From Phallusia mammillata (Eukaryota), in the NCBI GenBank assembly GCA_965637545.1, contig OZ281499.1, positions 10,168,001-10,232,000 of the forward strand: a DNA stretch of 64,000 nucleotides. Reading direction: 5' to 3'. Both the position numbers and the translations under genes were made by a program. This document shows, piece by piece, positions 1-13,400 of this stretch (position 1 is its first letter; each line of letters starts with the position of its first letter). Below the pieces are notes generated by a model. That model saw only the letters and a program-made list of their open reading frames with translations, did no database searches and was not told where the DNA came from.

Positions 1-589
1 CGTCCAACACTTGGGGGTTTGCTGGACTCTTGGTTCGAGAAAAGTTCGGGCTTAAGTTTAAATACAACGGGCTTGATTCAGGCTCCACTTGACACTCGGC
101 CACATGCGTGCCGTAATATAATCGTGGTATATTAACTTAGAGCATTGGTTCTCAAACTGTTTGTCATAACGGTGCCTTCGCATTTTTCTCGAGCACTCGC
201 GATCTAAGCAAAAAGATATCAATGAAACTGAAAATACCATAGCAAAATAGACTGTGGAGTTAACCACTAAAATTAATTTGTCTGTTTCAAAAGTGTTCCT
301 ACAACAACATGTAGGGTGAATTTAGTTCTGTTTCGTAAGATTACCTCGCGTAGGAATGTTTCGAAAACAATTTATTACGTCACAAACAGGACTTAAACAA
401 TAATAAAATTTTGCGCGAACAATCATTTCTGTTTGTCACTTCAAAATAAAGCAAAGGACCACTTCTTGTTGCGGGGAACTTTTTTGTCAAAATTGCTTTT
501 ACAGTCACAGAATCTGATATTACGTAAAATTGTAAAAATACTTCAAGCCCTTCGCAGTCCCTCTGAAATCGCTTGACGAACCCCTTAGG

Positions 590-824
590 CAGTGGTCGGC
601 AACCGCCGGTCCGCGGCCTGGTAGCGGTCCGCGAGGAGTTCGTTACCGGTCCGTATAATTTTTTCAGGTAAAATGCTACAAAACATTTTGCCTATGTATC
701 CAGGGGAAGATAAACTAATTTAAGCGTTTTCATTGCTAAATGTTTGTAGTTTTTTAAGGCCGGTCCGCGATAAAATTTCACTTTCAAAACCGGTCCGCAG
801 TGCAAAAAAGGTTGCCGACCCCTG
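590..824. mobile_element. hAT-type MITE, apparently nested in another MITE
   Basis: TIRs cagtggtcggcaac / gttgccgacccctg. Near-perfect 8-bp TSD cccttagg (582-589) / ccctaagg (825-832). Internal ccggtccgc repeats. Confidence 0.75.
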
Positions 825-1652
825 CCCTAAGGGACCGCGAACCCCAGTTTCGAACCGCTGTTAGAGCTTTACATATTAATTGAAATCTGGTTCCTACTTA
901 TATTTTCGTATATGGGCCAAGTTCGAAACCCAGTTTTAGATCTGCTTACAACTCTTTTTAAATCACTTGATGCACAGGGGTATGTGTGTATGTAAACGTA
1001 AAGTTTATGCCATAATCTGCTTACATAACAAAATGAGAGCAGTTCTTGCCGTATATTAACACTGATAGCTACAATTTCGGGAGATCGGACAAAAAACATT
1101 TAAGGCAACTTTTTGTGGCGAACAGTATTTGGGAAATACGAAATCTTAAGAGATGAGCTTGAAACTTTATCGTGTAATTATTATGTCCTGCACTCCCTAT
1201 ACCTTTTACCCCCATTAATCCGAACCCCGTTAATCCGGATCTTCGCCTACTTAACGAATCGATACGGTTTTGGGGGGTTATATTATCCGAAACTTTGCCC
1301 AATCCACATAAAATTCTGTTGGTAACTTGTTACACTATATTGTTTCCCATTATTTATTACATTATAACTTATTACGTACATAGACACTCGGTTAAATCAG
1401 GTCATTATTTGCGCGCGAAAAACGTAACAAATGATTTTGAACAAATCAATATCAACATGCGTTAAATTGTATCTAAATTTTGTGTTTTTTAATGGTATTT
1501 TTTACTGGGTCGGTACTGATTCGATTAAAAGTGATATGCACTGATCACCCAGCTTATCGGATCAACCAGATCTAAGCCAATTTTTGGGCCTCCGAAATAG
1601 CCGTTTTCTGTATGTGTTACTTTTACGTTTTTTGATTTTGTCACCATTGTAT

Positions 1653-1880
1653 GACGTCATAACATATTTCTATGCCGTTTCGCTGTAACGAATTCTCGAG
1701 GAGACGTGGGCCCACGCGACTGAGAAGTCCGCAGATGGAGTTGGTGTTGAGCGGTGGTTCTGTCGCGACTGTATGCGCTGCTTTTGTCGTTTTACTCTTT
1801 TATCTTTTTAAATACAAGTTTAATTTGGGTACTGACAGCCCGTTATTACAGCAGAACCGAAAAAAGGCGCAACATCACCA
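1653..1880. repeat. Dispersed ~230-bp repeat, with a second inverted copy in an intron of copy G (~51533-51755)
   Basis: Both sites share tgtaacgaatt..cccacgcgactgagaag.ccgcag..ggtactgacagcccgttatta..gcagaaccgaaaaaag. This explains why ORFs 1672+ and 51534- give similar translations. Confidence 0.7.
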
Positions 1881-2200
1881 AAAAATGATCTAACTTACTT
1901 CTTTTTGTGTTTATTTGTCATTTTTTATTTTATTAAACCCAACACATGTATCCATCGAATGAATGATACAACTCTGATGGATATGAAAAAGCACTTAAAT
2001 TAAGGACTGTGTAACTTTTGTTTATTTCATAATCGTTAAACTTTTGAGCTAGGGACATGTTCATTTTCCACCATTGAGATGACTAAGTCAATTTGGAACA
2101 AAACAATTGCAACACTATAAAACTTTTAACAAAAACACGGAACAAATGTCAATAGAAATACATATTGTTTGTACAAATGAACATCACAATGTTATGTTGA

Positions 2201-3205
2201 TTATTTCGATGCATCCATATCGGATAAGACGGTGGTTATCTTTACATCCTTTTCCCAAGCATTGTAAATAATTCTGAGTCTACCTCGATTTTCAACTCCC
2301 ACAGCTGCATCACCTTTGTAAGCAGATTCAGACAGAACCACTACTTTCGTAGTTTGTGTGCTTGACAACAGTTTGAAGGGAAACAACCTTGTGCCGTAAT
2401 CAGGGAAAGAACATATCAAAGCGGCCACATTCAATATAAAGTTTCCAAACACGATATGACTAATAAACATTTCCGAGACGTATGTTTTTAGATTTTGCAA
2501 AAACACCATAGCGACAGTGATCAATAAATCTGACACAACGCACACAGCAGCGGTGCTTGCACAACGAACATAAACCGTATTGACATCTGACAAATGTGAG
2601 AAGTATTTGCAAAAAGGTAAAAACAAAAGTAACAACAAGATTAGTTGTGAAATTGTGAAACCTATTCCGCTGATAATAAAAAGTAACATTGCTATTGGGT
2701 GTTCCCCACATATATGGGTTCCCACGGGTGCCAATGAGTCGATGGGAATGGTAAGACCGAGCATAACAGAAAACGTTGATATCCCGAAAATCACTGTCAA
2801 ACTTAACTTTTGAGCCATCCTCGTCCATATTGCTGTAGTGTGCACTGAGTCGTAAACTGAATGTTGTCGAAGCCACAAAGACAAGTAGACTGAGAAGCGA
2901 GAAATTACTAAGCACAGGCGAAATGGGTTATTGAACCATCTGCAAACTGCTACTGAAGTAAAGATGCGGGTCGTTTCAACCACTTGTGGCGCCGAGAAGA
3001 ACAGCAGCATAATGCTAGACAATGTGCATAATCTGTTGTTCAGCTTTAATCCTGTTTGATTTGAATTAAACTGGTAGACTGCTGATACTATCGTCAAGTA
3101 AAGTGCGGTGAGAATCAAAAATCCAAGCAAACTCCATTCTGCAGCTAACATTGCAGTACTTGGCGCAGTTGCGTTTACCACGCTAAGTGATGTGTTGTTT
3201 GTCAT
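2201..3205 (-). CDS. Intronless orphan seven-transmembrane (GPCR-like) protein, 334 aa
   Basis: Single long ORF. N-terminal sequons (NNT, NTS, NAT), about seven hydrophobic segments, a Cys before TM3 (VAVCRW), an LWLRQ motif at the DRY-equivalent position and a polar C-tail. No specific ortholog recognised. Confidence 0.8.
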   Translation of the reverse strand: MTNNTSLSVVNATAPSTAMLAAEWSLLGFLILTALYLTIVSAVYQFNSNQTGLKLNNRLCTLSSIMLLFFSAPQVVETTRIFTSVAVCRWFNNPFRLCLVISRFSVYLSLWLRQHSVYDSVHTTAIWTRMAQKLSLTVIFGISTFSVMLGLTIPIDSLAPVGTHICGEHPIAMLLFIISGIGFTISQLILLLLLFLPFCKYFSHLSDVNTVYVRCASTAAVCVVSDLLITVAMVFLQNLKTYVSEMFISHIVFGNFILNVAALICSFPDYGTRLFPFKLLSSTQTTKVVVLSESAYKGDAAVGVENRGRLRIIYNAWEKDVKITTVLSDMDASK

Positions 3206-4599
3206 GCTTTATGCGAAGACAAGCAGTTTGACAACTCTACTGCAACAAGATAATAAAAAATAACAGTTACTTGACGAAACCAGCTACTACTAAATGTTTT
3301 ATTTAAGTAGCCACAACTCTGTTGAAGCAGATTTGCAATTGGAATACGTTTTTGGTTTTGTAAACAGTTTAAACTTTTAATTTAGTTGAATTATTTTTCT
3401 GCCACACCAAACCTTATTTTAAATGTACGGCAAGTCTTTTACCTCCTATGAAATGTTGTGCTTGCGCAAACTGTTAAGAGTCTATATATGTCTATTTCTG
3501 CTGTTACCTCTTTTTTCCAAACCAACTGCATTAAGAGTAAACCGTTCACTACATTTAAAAGCTCCGAGAAGTAAAACATATTCGACCACGTTTTAATGAA
3601 ATAAAAAGCCACATATGGCACAAAAGACATTTGTTGAATCATGTTTCGGTTGATTCGGGTACAATGGAACAATTTAATGGACTCTCGTTTGTTCACAAAT
3701 AAGTGACAAAATAAAATATTTAACAGCAACATATTGTTTGGGAACGCAATCATGGCCATTAGGTATAAAATTCAAAAAGCTGATGTGATCATATGTTGCT
3801 CTCTACATACGTATGTTTTACTGCTCGGATAATATTAGAAGAGCTTAACCCCTAAACAAAACAACCGCGTTGAAAAGTATTTCAAAAAATATCATGTGAA
3901 TATTGTCAAGAACCACCCACTTTTTTTCATGCGGTTGCCTGTATTGGCCGTGACGTTTACGACGCAGTGCGCTGTTTTGTTTTTGACTGCGGTGTTAGCA
4001 CCCATAACATTACCAGGGACAAATCCCGATTAAGGTTTTTGTTGTTGTGGATATGCCTCGTATACTTTCCTTAAAGCATCGCGCACCCTCATTCTACAGT
4101 CACGCGATTCGTTAGTTGTACCGCATTCATTACTGTTTTGCCTGTAGTGACTACGTTTCGTGTGTGTTATGTAAATTTACAATTTTCCAAACTACAAATG
4201 CTTCTTTCGGTTAATCGTTATTCATTCTATTTTACTGTTCGAGCGAACAATGTAAAGAAACACAACAGTTTTCATGACTGTATGAGGTTCAAGCGCCCGG
4301 GCCGTTTCGGCCAACCATTGGTACGATGTTTTTTTTTAGTTTTTATTTTATTACCATAACAAGTTAAACGAGAAAGAATACAAACAAGGCAAGAAATACG
4401 CTAAGTCAAGTACGCGACAATCAAAGGCCGGACCACTTACGTAGAAATCAAAACGTTTGTTCGATATAACTGCAGTTAGGAATTCCGAATGTTTTAGCGT
4501 TTCAAGGAAATAAAGAATTCTTTGCAAAGTTGGTTTACTTAACGCGGATTTGCACTAAAAAATCACATATCGCGCACGTTCATGAGTTCCAAATAAACA

Positions 4600-6060
4600 T
4601 AAAGTAGCATGAGGCCTAACATAAATTTACCAATTTGCTGGAAATCCACGATGTAAAATTTTCCCAATACTTTGCAGTTACAGTGCATGAATTAAGATAG
4701 ATGTAGAAGTGTTTCTGGAAAAGTTTTACAGAAAACGCGCTGATAAAATAGGCCCTGGAAGCCAAGGACTGCTACCTGTATGAAGTCGAGTACGAGGTGT
4801 TGAAAGAAAGGCGCTTTGCGCCACAAGAACAGTGGAAAGCACGCTTAGTGCCGCAGGGATGAACTGGTTGGGCGCGTGCAACCAGTGAATCCAGTCCCGA
4901 ATTTACTTACGCACTCCGTGCTTTAGGAGACATCGCCTACCACAATGGTTCCGATGCCGCGTTAAGAAACGAGATGTTTTACGGGACTTTGCTGCGAGGT
5001 TAACACGACCGCCGCTTGGCCAACTCGATTCCGTCTCTTATCAAATACTCGCGCGATTTTGCGAGTGCGGCTCAATTGGTTATTGCCCATACCAGCTCTC
5101 TCGTTATTGAAGTATACTTAGCTGCGGTGGAATAAAATACTCCGGATACGGGAATGATTCTTAAAAAGCTCGAAGCTATGGAAATCCGAACCTTGCAAAG
5201 AACCGACGAGGGCCATCTGCGCCATGGAAGCAGAAATAATGACGCTAAAGAGGACTAGCGAACAATTACGGTACAGCCCAGTACATTTTTGCAGATGGCC
5301 ACTTAAAACGTGAATGTCCATTTATAGGTACGACCAGCGCAAGTGCGCGTGGCCCTAAGGGCCAAGGGCAATTGACTTCTTGCATTTCTAGACACGCCGA
5401 CCTCATACGAACTAAACGACAGAGAAAGGCACAATCACAGGCCAGGAAGGAACAGATTCGGCCAGTCGGCGTCAACAAGCCTGTCAACTCCCGTTCGGCT
5501 TCAGCCCCGGCTCCTGCGCGATTCGTGAGTTTACAGGTAAACAACAAATATGCATGTGAATGCCGGTTCCAGATCTACTACAATTATCTCAAAAAATGAC
5601 AGCAACTAGGTATCGGGAAACAACAGACAACCATTAACCAGTAGATTAATGTTGGCTAATGGAGCTGAACTGTCGCTCGAAGTCAGAGTAAAACTAATGA
5701 TCAAAGTCTGTGCTCTTCTGGCAGAAACAGATGTTTACGCCGCAAAGGATCTAAAGCACGACGTTATATTTGGTTTGGACTTCGTACAAGGTCACCAATG
5801 CAGGAGATGCTAACACTACAATACCTTATCTGACGGTGAAGCAAAGGTCCCACAGTTCACCCATACCAGACCTGAGTGCGGTTGATGTTTGCCTTATAGA
5901 GGATATGGAAGTCCCCCTTTTTACAGAGGTACGTGTGTCTGGTCGCATTTGTTATGGCCAACCTCTTGAGCTTGCAAGTTCGTTTCCCGTGTTTTTAGAA
6001 GAGTTTTCTGGTTTCACCGAAAAATATGGCCTAATGACAAAGGATAATTTTACCTAGTGA
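4600..6060 (+). mobile_element. Decayed Gypsy/Ty3-like LTR retrotransposon remnant (gag, zinc knuckle, protease)
   Basis: Degenerate CCHC knuckle ..ADGHLKRECP at ~5290-5320. Retropepsin C-terminal half LANGAELSL...DVYAAKDLKHDVIFGLDFV at ~5645-5790. Typical post-protease VCLIEDMEVPLFTEVRVSG segment. Many stops and frameshifts; no RT, integrase or LTR pair identified. Confidence 0.65.
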
Positions 6061-7479
6061 ATTACGGGTTTACCTATAGTGAATTATGGCACGCCCTCCA
6101 GGTGTCTGCCTTTGGCAATATTTATTCATACCAGCCAGAAACTTGTATGGTCGTTGAGAGACTCAACGATGCGTGTGATCCGCCGAACTCTTACTCGCGC
6201 TGAACGAATTACGCTGTAGTGTTTGCAACCAAACTAGATCGTTACTATCGATTTGCCAAAAGATTTCTAATTCGCACTGATCGTGCTTTAGGTGGCTATG
6301 GAGGTCCAGGGAACTGTATGATCAATGCGCCTGGTGGGTCGAGCCCTTGTTGTCTTATTATTTTGTCATTTCTCATAGACCAGGTGATAAGCACTGCAAT
6401 GCGGATGCTTTGTCGCGACTAAACTTGGAGAAAGAGGGTTTTCTAGACACGCTAGTCCAAAGTGCTTCGGATCACACAATAGAAGAGGTCAGCGTTGTCG
6501 GTTTTTACTTGACCAAATAATTTGTATGCCTTTGTCACCCAAACATAACCTCTAGTGTTTTTTTGGTTTAGGGCAAATACTTTTATTTTCTCAAACAAAT
6601 GTTTTTAATGGTGTAATGCGAAATATTTTTTTTAGTTGTACACAAATTCGAACTTATAAATGAAAATTGCCGTTTGAAATGCCTAAGATCAACTAATTGA
6701 TTTTGCGAAGTCAATCTTGAAATGATTCAAAAACAAAATTGCACGTTACGACTTTACGTGTATCGCATAATACCTTGGTCAAACAGATAGTTTTGGTAAC
6801 ACTATAAGTTTGTATTGAGTATGTTAAACTCACCAAATTTCTATCCCATATTTAAAATTTTAATCAATATATCGTTTACTGTGCCACACGAAACTGCTTC
6901 AAGCCCAGCAATGTAGGCTGCAGAATGGAGTTAATTTAGAATTTTGACTTACACTTTGTTGACGTGGGCATCGGCAATTTAATTGAAATCCACCAGGGTT
7001 AAAACTAAACAACAAGGTGTAAACATAATCTTGCAGAATGTTACCCTAGTTTATAAAGTCAAGAATTGTTGGTAATAAACTTTTTAAGTGTTTAAAAATA
7101 CAAAGAAAAATATATACTCATTTCGCTTTTGTTTTACGTGCTCCTTGGGTGTACCAAAGTTTTTTTCTTCTTGCTGAACTGCTGCACATAATCCATTGTG
7201 ATTAACCAATATTGGACATTTCATTGTGATTTACTAATATGTTAAAGCCAAGTCTCTCACATTTAATTTATCACGATATTTTCTGACAACGGAATTTGAC
7301 GGACATTAGAAAGTACGTTATATATAAAACACTTAATGAACATTTCGTGCCGGAAATTCAACGCATTAGATACAAAGTCATGTGGTTACAAATCGTGCAG
7401 ACAGAATTACAGCATTTCTTTGATTAGTTGTTGCAAAGAGGAGCACATGTAACCAGTTTGCAGTAGAAATCTGAACAAG

Positions 7480-10400
7480 ATGTACGAAAACGTCGCAAGC
7501 GTGCAAAGCAGAGGTTCCATAGGTAAGGGTTTGTTGACAAAAACAGACAGAAAGACTTAACTTTGTTTGTTAGATTTTGAAAGCGAATCCGGAAAGCAAA
7601 CTTCACACGAGTCAGGCATTTTTGCACAACTATTAATAACTTTACTGCTGACAGTTCTTGCGGTTGCCATCAGCGTTGGATTCGGAATCGAAATGGTATT
7701 TTAATTTGTTATCTGGCTATAAGGATTTTTTCATTTATTTTTTATGCTTGTTTTAGAAAATTTTCATTAAGGGGTTAGTGCCGTTAAAAAGATGATCACA
7801 AACTTTTTCAACCAATAATCAAGATTAATTAAGCTTATTAGTCAAAAACATAACCCCTTGAAACACGTATTTAGAGTAGGTGTAAAACTGTGTTCCAAAT
7901 CTTCACTGTTCCCCATTAGGTGGAAATACAGAGAGTGGAAGAGATGTCTATATCAAGTGTTGAAGGTATACAGTGTATATCGTAAAATAATTGTCTATAA
8001 GCAGCATATTTTACAAACATTCAGATTATTCCTATATTTTAAAGATTTTCACCAAATCGAGTCCGGCTCTTGCACTAGCCCAACATTTAAAGATTGCAAA
8101 GACGCCTTAAGTCAAGGTTACAAATTCTCAGGCCGTTTTACAATTAAACCCAATGCCAACACTTCGTCCTTTCAGGTGATCTTTCTTTGTTTGCTTGTAC
8201 GTTCATTTGGTGCTATATATATTTTTTGATTTCAGGTATATTGCGACATGTCTTCTGATAGTGGTGGTGGTTGGACGCTGGTAGCTTCAATTCACGAAGA
8301 CGATGTATGGAGCTTAGGTTCCGGAGATATGTGGACATCTGGTTGGTTTTGAAATGTTTTCAAGTAATTTAAACTAAACTATTGTGATAATGCAGCGTAC
8401 GACAACTGGTTTAATCTGCTAACGTTTGGCAAACTGGAAGATGTAACTAGTGCAGATTTTAAAAGCAAGGCCTTGTACGCTCTTAATGTAAGTACAACAA
8501 AAACATTTTCTTTGTATAACTATCTCTACCTTAACTACCTTAGTTGTGTTGTTTGTTGCAAACTGTCCAAACTGTCATCACATAAACGTTTGCTGCAATC
8601 AAACTCAAGGATATAAAATGCAATAATAACTTATTACAAGATAATAGTGTACAGAAACCATTGGTTTGTGGTGCATTAACTCATCAATACAGTTTTCGCA
8701 GGCCTCGGACATGATGGTATGGCATGTGCCTAATGATCTGGGACTATCATCAATTTCAAACGGTGCATTCTTCAAATATCACACAACAAACGGTTTTCTT
8801 CAAAAATATGGATCGAATCTACAAAGTTTGTTTACGCAATACTTTCCCTTAACCCGACTTAGCAGTGAATGTCCAGACAACTTTACCAGTCATCCCGAAA
8901 GTAAATGCGCTCTTAATTCAGACATATTTCAAAAAGTGTCAGATTGTGTGCAGGAAAATGACTGGGACAACCTTTGGCGCCGTCCATGGGACGAAAACGA
9001 TCCGAGTCCAGTTTATGAATTGGATAAGGTGCGTTAATTTTGTACATCTGGCAATGTTAGCGACCGAAAACAATCCTGATCTTGCGCAGATGACCCTTCA
9101 GTTAAATTCGCAAAAGACAATGAATATAAACGAGACAGGAAGTTACAGGTTGGTCATAAATCTACTTAATTTTCTCGTTTACTTTCGTATCACTGTCCTT
9201 TCATATTACTGACCAAGTAAATAAATTGTGTATTCATTGTACACCAAATTTCCGTCTATTTTCTTACTCTTATTCTTGTAGCGTTCCGGGTTTCAACTCA
9301 ATCTTTGCTGCATCACACACAACAAGCCACGTTGCCAGCAATGTAGTTTGGATTCCGTTGCAACGCAACGCTGTTGATGTCAATGTCAAGGTTCGTGAAT
9401 GATGGTTGAACAGTACCAAGCGAAATATGGTTTGTTTCAACTTATCAGGCTAAGCCACATCATTTTGAGTTGCGCTGATTTTTAGGAGGGTGGGGGAAGT
9501 AAAATAAGCGTGTTTGGTCTACAGTGGTTCTCAAACTTTTTTTAGTTGCGACGCCATTGGAAAAGTTTTTCTGGACTTGCGACGCACCAGCAAATAAAAG
9601 TTAATGATGAAACTTATTATTAAAGTTGTGTTTATTGATACAACACCAAATGCCACGAAACGAAACTATTCTGCGACGCCCTTGAAAAACTGAAACGACG
9701 CACCAGGGCGTCGCGACGCACAGTTCGAGAACTACTGGTCTAGGACAATAAATAAGTAATTACTATTATGGGTACAAATTATGATGCTCTATTTTCGAAA
9801 TCATAGTACGCCAGGCCTAATGAAGGCGTTATACCGAATCAGCCAATCACCAAGGATTCCCATATGGCAAGGCGTAGATTAGAAAAATCTGAATTTCTAC
9901 CTTACGCCTTGCCATAAAGGACTGCTTGGTGACCGGTGATTTGGTATAACGCTTTCATTTCGCTCCCTACAGTAGCAGTTTTTCCGTGTTTACTGTTGTC
10001 CAGGGGCGGCTCGTGCTAGGGTGCTGCGGAGCTGCAGCACCCCCTAGATATTTTTACTTAATACACCTACCATAATATTACAAATAGCTTTCATTATTTT
10101 TATTTTTTTTATTCCTTAGCAATATATAATAAGCATAATTTCCGACCTAATCACCTTTTTTTTTCATTAAATTTTTTTTTTTGGAAACACTAATGTATAT
10201 CTATGCTGGAACTGCAGCTCCAGTTTTCTGACGTTTCGTGACGTTTCATGACGTTTTGCGGTTCTGCGCATGCGCACTTTGAAAAGCTACATGCTGGGCG
10301 AAATAGGAGCCAGGGTGCTGCGGCTCGCGCAGCTCCACCAATCACGTAGCGTGTGACCTGGGCACCCGGAAGTAGTTGTCTGTTCCGCGTTTATTGTGTG

Positions 10401-13400
10401 CCAAAGCAAATCACGTGTACCATCAGGTTCGACAATGAGTACAGTACGACAGTTATTCTTTTTTAATCATTTTTACAGTTTTTGATTGAAAGGTTAATCA
10501 TGGCTTTTCAAGATTCTAATTCGGTGACTGTAAGTGAGCTTCAGCAACTTAAGATTTCGCAGTTATCAAGTGCTGAAAAGGTAAGTATAAAGAAAAAAGG
10601 GCGTCCAACGCCTGATATTCAACTTTGTCAGCCAGGAATGAGCCACAACAAGAAATGTATACGCAGATTTAATTCTGAATGGTATCAAAAGAAAAAATGG
10701 CTTTGTGGTTGTGAAGTTAAAAATGTACTGTTCTGTTTTCCATGTTTGCTGTTTGGAGGTGATGAAAAATGCTGGACAAAAAATGGTTTTACAAATGTAG
10801 CCAAAATAGGTGAGAAAGTAGAAAAACATGAAAAGTCAAAGAAGCATGTGGACAATGATGTTTCACTTTCACTTTTGGGAACTGTAAATATTAAGGAAAA
10901 ACTTAGTGAGGCGTATATAGACTTTCAATTATTGAACACAACAAAAAAGTGGAAAAAAATCGTGAAATTTTGTCCAAAATAATAGACTGCATTTTGTTCT
11001 GTGGAAACTTTGAAACTCCCTTACGTGGACATGATGAAAAAGGTGAGTATTGATATAATGGACATGTACTGTTTGTCTAAACAGTAGCTGCTAAATTGCT
11101 TCACAGGAAGTGTTTCTTAAGAATGAACATTCTACAGACAAGATAGTATAGTGACCACCAAGCACATCCTATTGTTGACAAAGAAAAGCTAAGTACTGAA
11201 ATGAAAATGTTTCTGTAGATCTGATGTTCATGATTACTTTGAAAATAATGTAGATGATGTTTTGACAAGTGAAATTACTAGGATGAAAAATCCTTTTTGC
11301 TGTTTCCATGAGTCCTTCAAAGGCAAAACAGTTTGGATGCAAACCTTTGTTAGGAACACCATTATTTCCAAAAGACTTGCACTTGCAGTGCTAGTACTAC
11401 TAAATAGAAAAACAGTTTCTCAGTTGTCATTTGGAATCAAGGAAGAAGCTATCAATTATCATGCCCAAACTATAACTTTATGATTCATTTTGGTTGTAAA
11501 AAGGAAGCACAAGGTTTAATAATATGGTTTAAATTTAAGTGAGAGTGTTGTAAATTTTAAAGCTTGAAGGAGTTTTGCACTTAAAAAAAGCAATCATAAG
11601 CTATTTGCCAGCAAATAAAGCAGCAATTATAGCAGTTAAAAATCTGAAAGACAAATAATAGTCTGTAAACAAAAATTCCAAAAAAAGATGTTAAAATAAA
11701 CAAGTTCTGACACAAATGTAAAGTGGTTGTTAAATTTGTCAGTTATGATACCAATAAACAGCTGTATGGCTAGTTTTTTGTGTGACAATTATAATCTGTG
11801 AAGTGTCATATAATATGTTGAAAACGCTGACTGTGACCATAAGGTTACTTAAATGAAACATGGCCATTTTTTTAAATGTTGTCGAACTGAAATACTTCGA
11901 CCTTTTTCGAATCATTACTTTTTTTTCTATATTCTTGTTGTGTTTTACCGTATTTACAACCGCTTAGTTTCGAGTCTGTGTCACGTGTGTTTTTGTTCCA
12001 CATTATTACTACATGTTATGGTGTTTATCCGTCGCTGTGCAAGTAAACAAAATACACAAATGATATCGTCTGGTCTGGTGTTTACACTCGTGTACATTAT
12101 TGCGTAACAAAAATTACGTCACAATGGAGTTTCTAATTAAGATTAGTATTACTTGTTTTTCTACACAAAACAATGGCTAGAAAACTATAAATGTAGGTTT
12201 TCTATATATTGCCAACTTATATATGTTCAATAAAGGCTAAAATTTTGAGCAGCACCCCCACAAATTTTAGGCACGAGCCGCCACTGCTGTTGTCTACATA
12301 CAATATAATCCAAAACCTAATGTATCAAACCCATAGTCAAACAGAATCAATCGTTTATAACAGTTTTCCCAGAATATTGGTAAAATATATATTCTGTTAA
12401 AATACTGTGTACAACGGCTGATTCTCTTCGGCCTAGGGTTTTATACATTGGGTTTTGGATTACGTTGGTCTGTATGGACGCTTCAGGACTGACCCCAGTT
12501 ATGAATTTATGTTCATCTTAGCTTCATTTTTGATTTTGATACAGGTTGCTTGGGGTCGCAAGTCCGCAATTTTAACTGATTCAGTACTTTCCAAAGGCTA
12601 TAACATAAGTTTTGGAGCAATGTGTGATTACAATTATTGCAACGTTCTCTTTACCATCACCAATTCCGTTGTAAGTTCTTAGTGTATTTGTATTTGTTAA
12701 TGGCAATATTTTTTTTGTTAAACTACTCCCATTCCTCTTGTTGCGTCTTATCTTTTTTATCCGGAGTGGGGACAATGCCTGAATGCATTGTGCTCACAAT
12801 GAGTCCGCCTTTTGAATACCTGTCTCATTGCAAGTCTTCTGGATCATTTTATACATTTATTTTATGATTTGTGCCAAGTTAAAGACTTGAATTTGCTACA
12901 ACCCGTCTCGTTTAATTGGTTTGGAGCAATTTTATTAAAGTTTTATGTGTGGGAAACATAAGTGGTTGAGGCGGTACTAGCTCCTTGGAAAGAAAGCTCA
13001 CGTAAAGAGCGTGCTAGTTTGATCCAGCTGTGACAAATCATACCAATAGAAAAACAAGTTTTTGCACACCATTTGTGTTTATCCAACAGAAATGGGGAAT
13101 GACATCTTCTTCCAATTCTCAATCATCAAAGTTTTACCAGAACAACGAACAAAGAGTTGTTGAAGTTCAAATCAGCAATATGACCAGGGCAACGCTGATT
13201 GGCTATGTAGTGTTTCAAAAGTAATTCTGTATGTTATATGTTAGTCAGTTATTTAAATTTCGATAACAAAATAAAACAACACTCAGAATATATACCAAGG
13301 ACCGACACGAATGGGATTGGATTCGTGTTCTAGAATATTTGCCGTGGTGCTTTGGTAAGAAGTGTGTTATTATCAAAACTATTGAAGTATAGCTTAAAAC

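Noticed and set aside
58-1325. Short ORFs of 60-125 aa here and throughout the track
   Set aside because: They are either exon fragments read into introns, antisense shadows of real exons, or low-complexity AT-rich chance ORFs with no recognisable motifs.
1672-1893. ORF 1672+ and its look-alike at 51534- as a small gene family
   Set aside because: The similarity comes from a dispersed non-coding repeat. The second copy lies inside an intron of copy G and the frames diverge.
4000-6480. Complete LTR retrotransposon with paired LTRs
   Set aside because: I could not find matching LTRs, a convincing PBS/PPT, or RT/integrase. It is kept only as a gag-protease remnant.
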